DNA of 64,000 nucleotides from Octopus bimaculoides (Eukaryota). The stretch covers positions 3,939,938-4,003,937 of the forward strand of contig NC_068994.1 in assembly GCF_001194135.2 (NCBI RefSeq). The letters run 5' to 3'. Both the position numbers and the translations under genes were made by a program. Positions 63,734-64,000 of this stretch are shown here, in pieces; the stretch's first letter is position 1, and each line of letters opens with the position of its first letter. The notes below the pieces were generated by a model. It was not told where the DNA came from and did not search any database. It saw only the letters and a list, made by a program, of their open reading frames with translations.

Positions 63734-64000
63734 GCAGCTAGTACCACCACCATCACCACCATAACTGCTGCTACTACTACTACTACTACTACTATCACCA
63801 CCATCACTACCACTGTGGTTATGATCTTCACCACAACTAGACCACCACTGCCACCGCCTCCACTAGGAGTAACAGCATCAACACCACCACTACTACAACC
63901 TCTACCCCCACCGTCGTAATTATTTACATCATCAGCATCAACAACACAATATCTACAATCACTGATACCACTCCCATCATCATCATCATCATCATCATCA
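63381..64000. repeat. compound (CAC)/(CAA)/(TAC)/(CAT) low-complexity field
   Basis: Directly visible after gap 62540-63380. Confidence 0.9.

Noticed and set aside
55732-63919. Long ORFs containing X runs
   Set aside because: Artefacts of N gaps (55809-56412, 60020-60459, 62540-63380).
1-64000. CRISPR arrays, rRNA genes, intact transposase or RT ORFs, and named gene orthology
   Set aside because: None seen; no spacer-repeat arrays or long TE ORFs. The ZF genes are not recognisable as specific named orthologues, so gene symbols are left empty.

Overview
AT-rich, microsatellite-dense animal genomic DNA with assembly gaps. A cephalopod (octopus-like) origin is inferred from the single-coding-exon C2H2 zinc-finger cluster and the SINE/RTE repeat landscape; it was not verified. 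The window holds three C2H2 zinc-finger genes: ZF-A (+, 2455-4800, 15 fingers), ZF-B (+, 21614-23686, 6 canonical plus 2 atypical fingers) and ZF-C (-, 36258-38213, 10 canonical plus 1 atypical finger, Q50 tract). Each has one coding exon behind a splice acceptor. The rest is tRNA-derived SINEs, decayed LINE fragments (R4/Dong-like, RTE, CR1/L2-like), small hAT, piggyBac-like and Helentron-like elements, and simple repeats. Main observations: (1) ZF-C has nine consecutive fingers with an invariant HQTNL recognition helix despite heavy synonymous divergence, and ZF-A alternates two helix types, suggesting readers of tri- and di-nucleotide microsatellites (hypothesis). (2) The Ser/His-rich N-terminus of ZF-A looks built from fossil zinc fingers that lost their Cys ligands, and all three genes share a degenerate leading finger ending in GK[HQ]F. 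(3) A tRNA-headed SINE-like element carries a Penelope-type minimal hammerhead ribozyme motif at two loci, each arranged as a head-to-head inverted pair. All calls are by eye; repeat boundaries are approximate.
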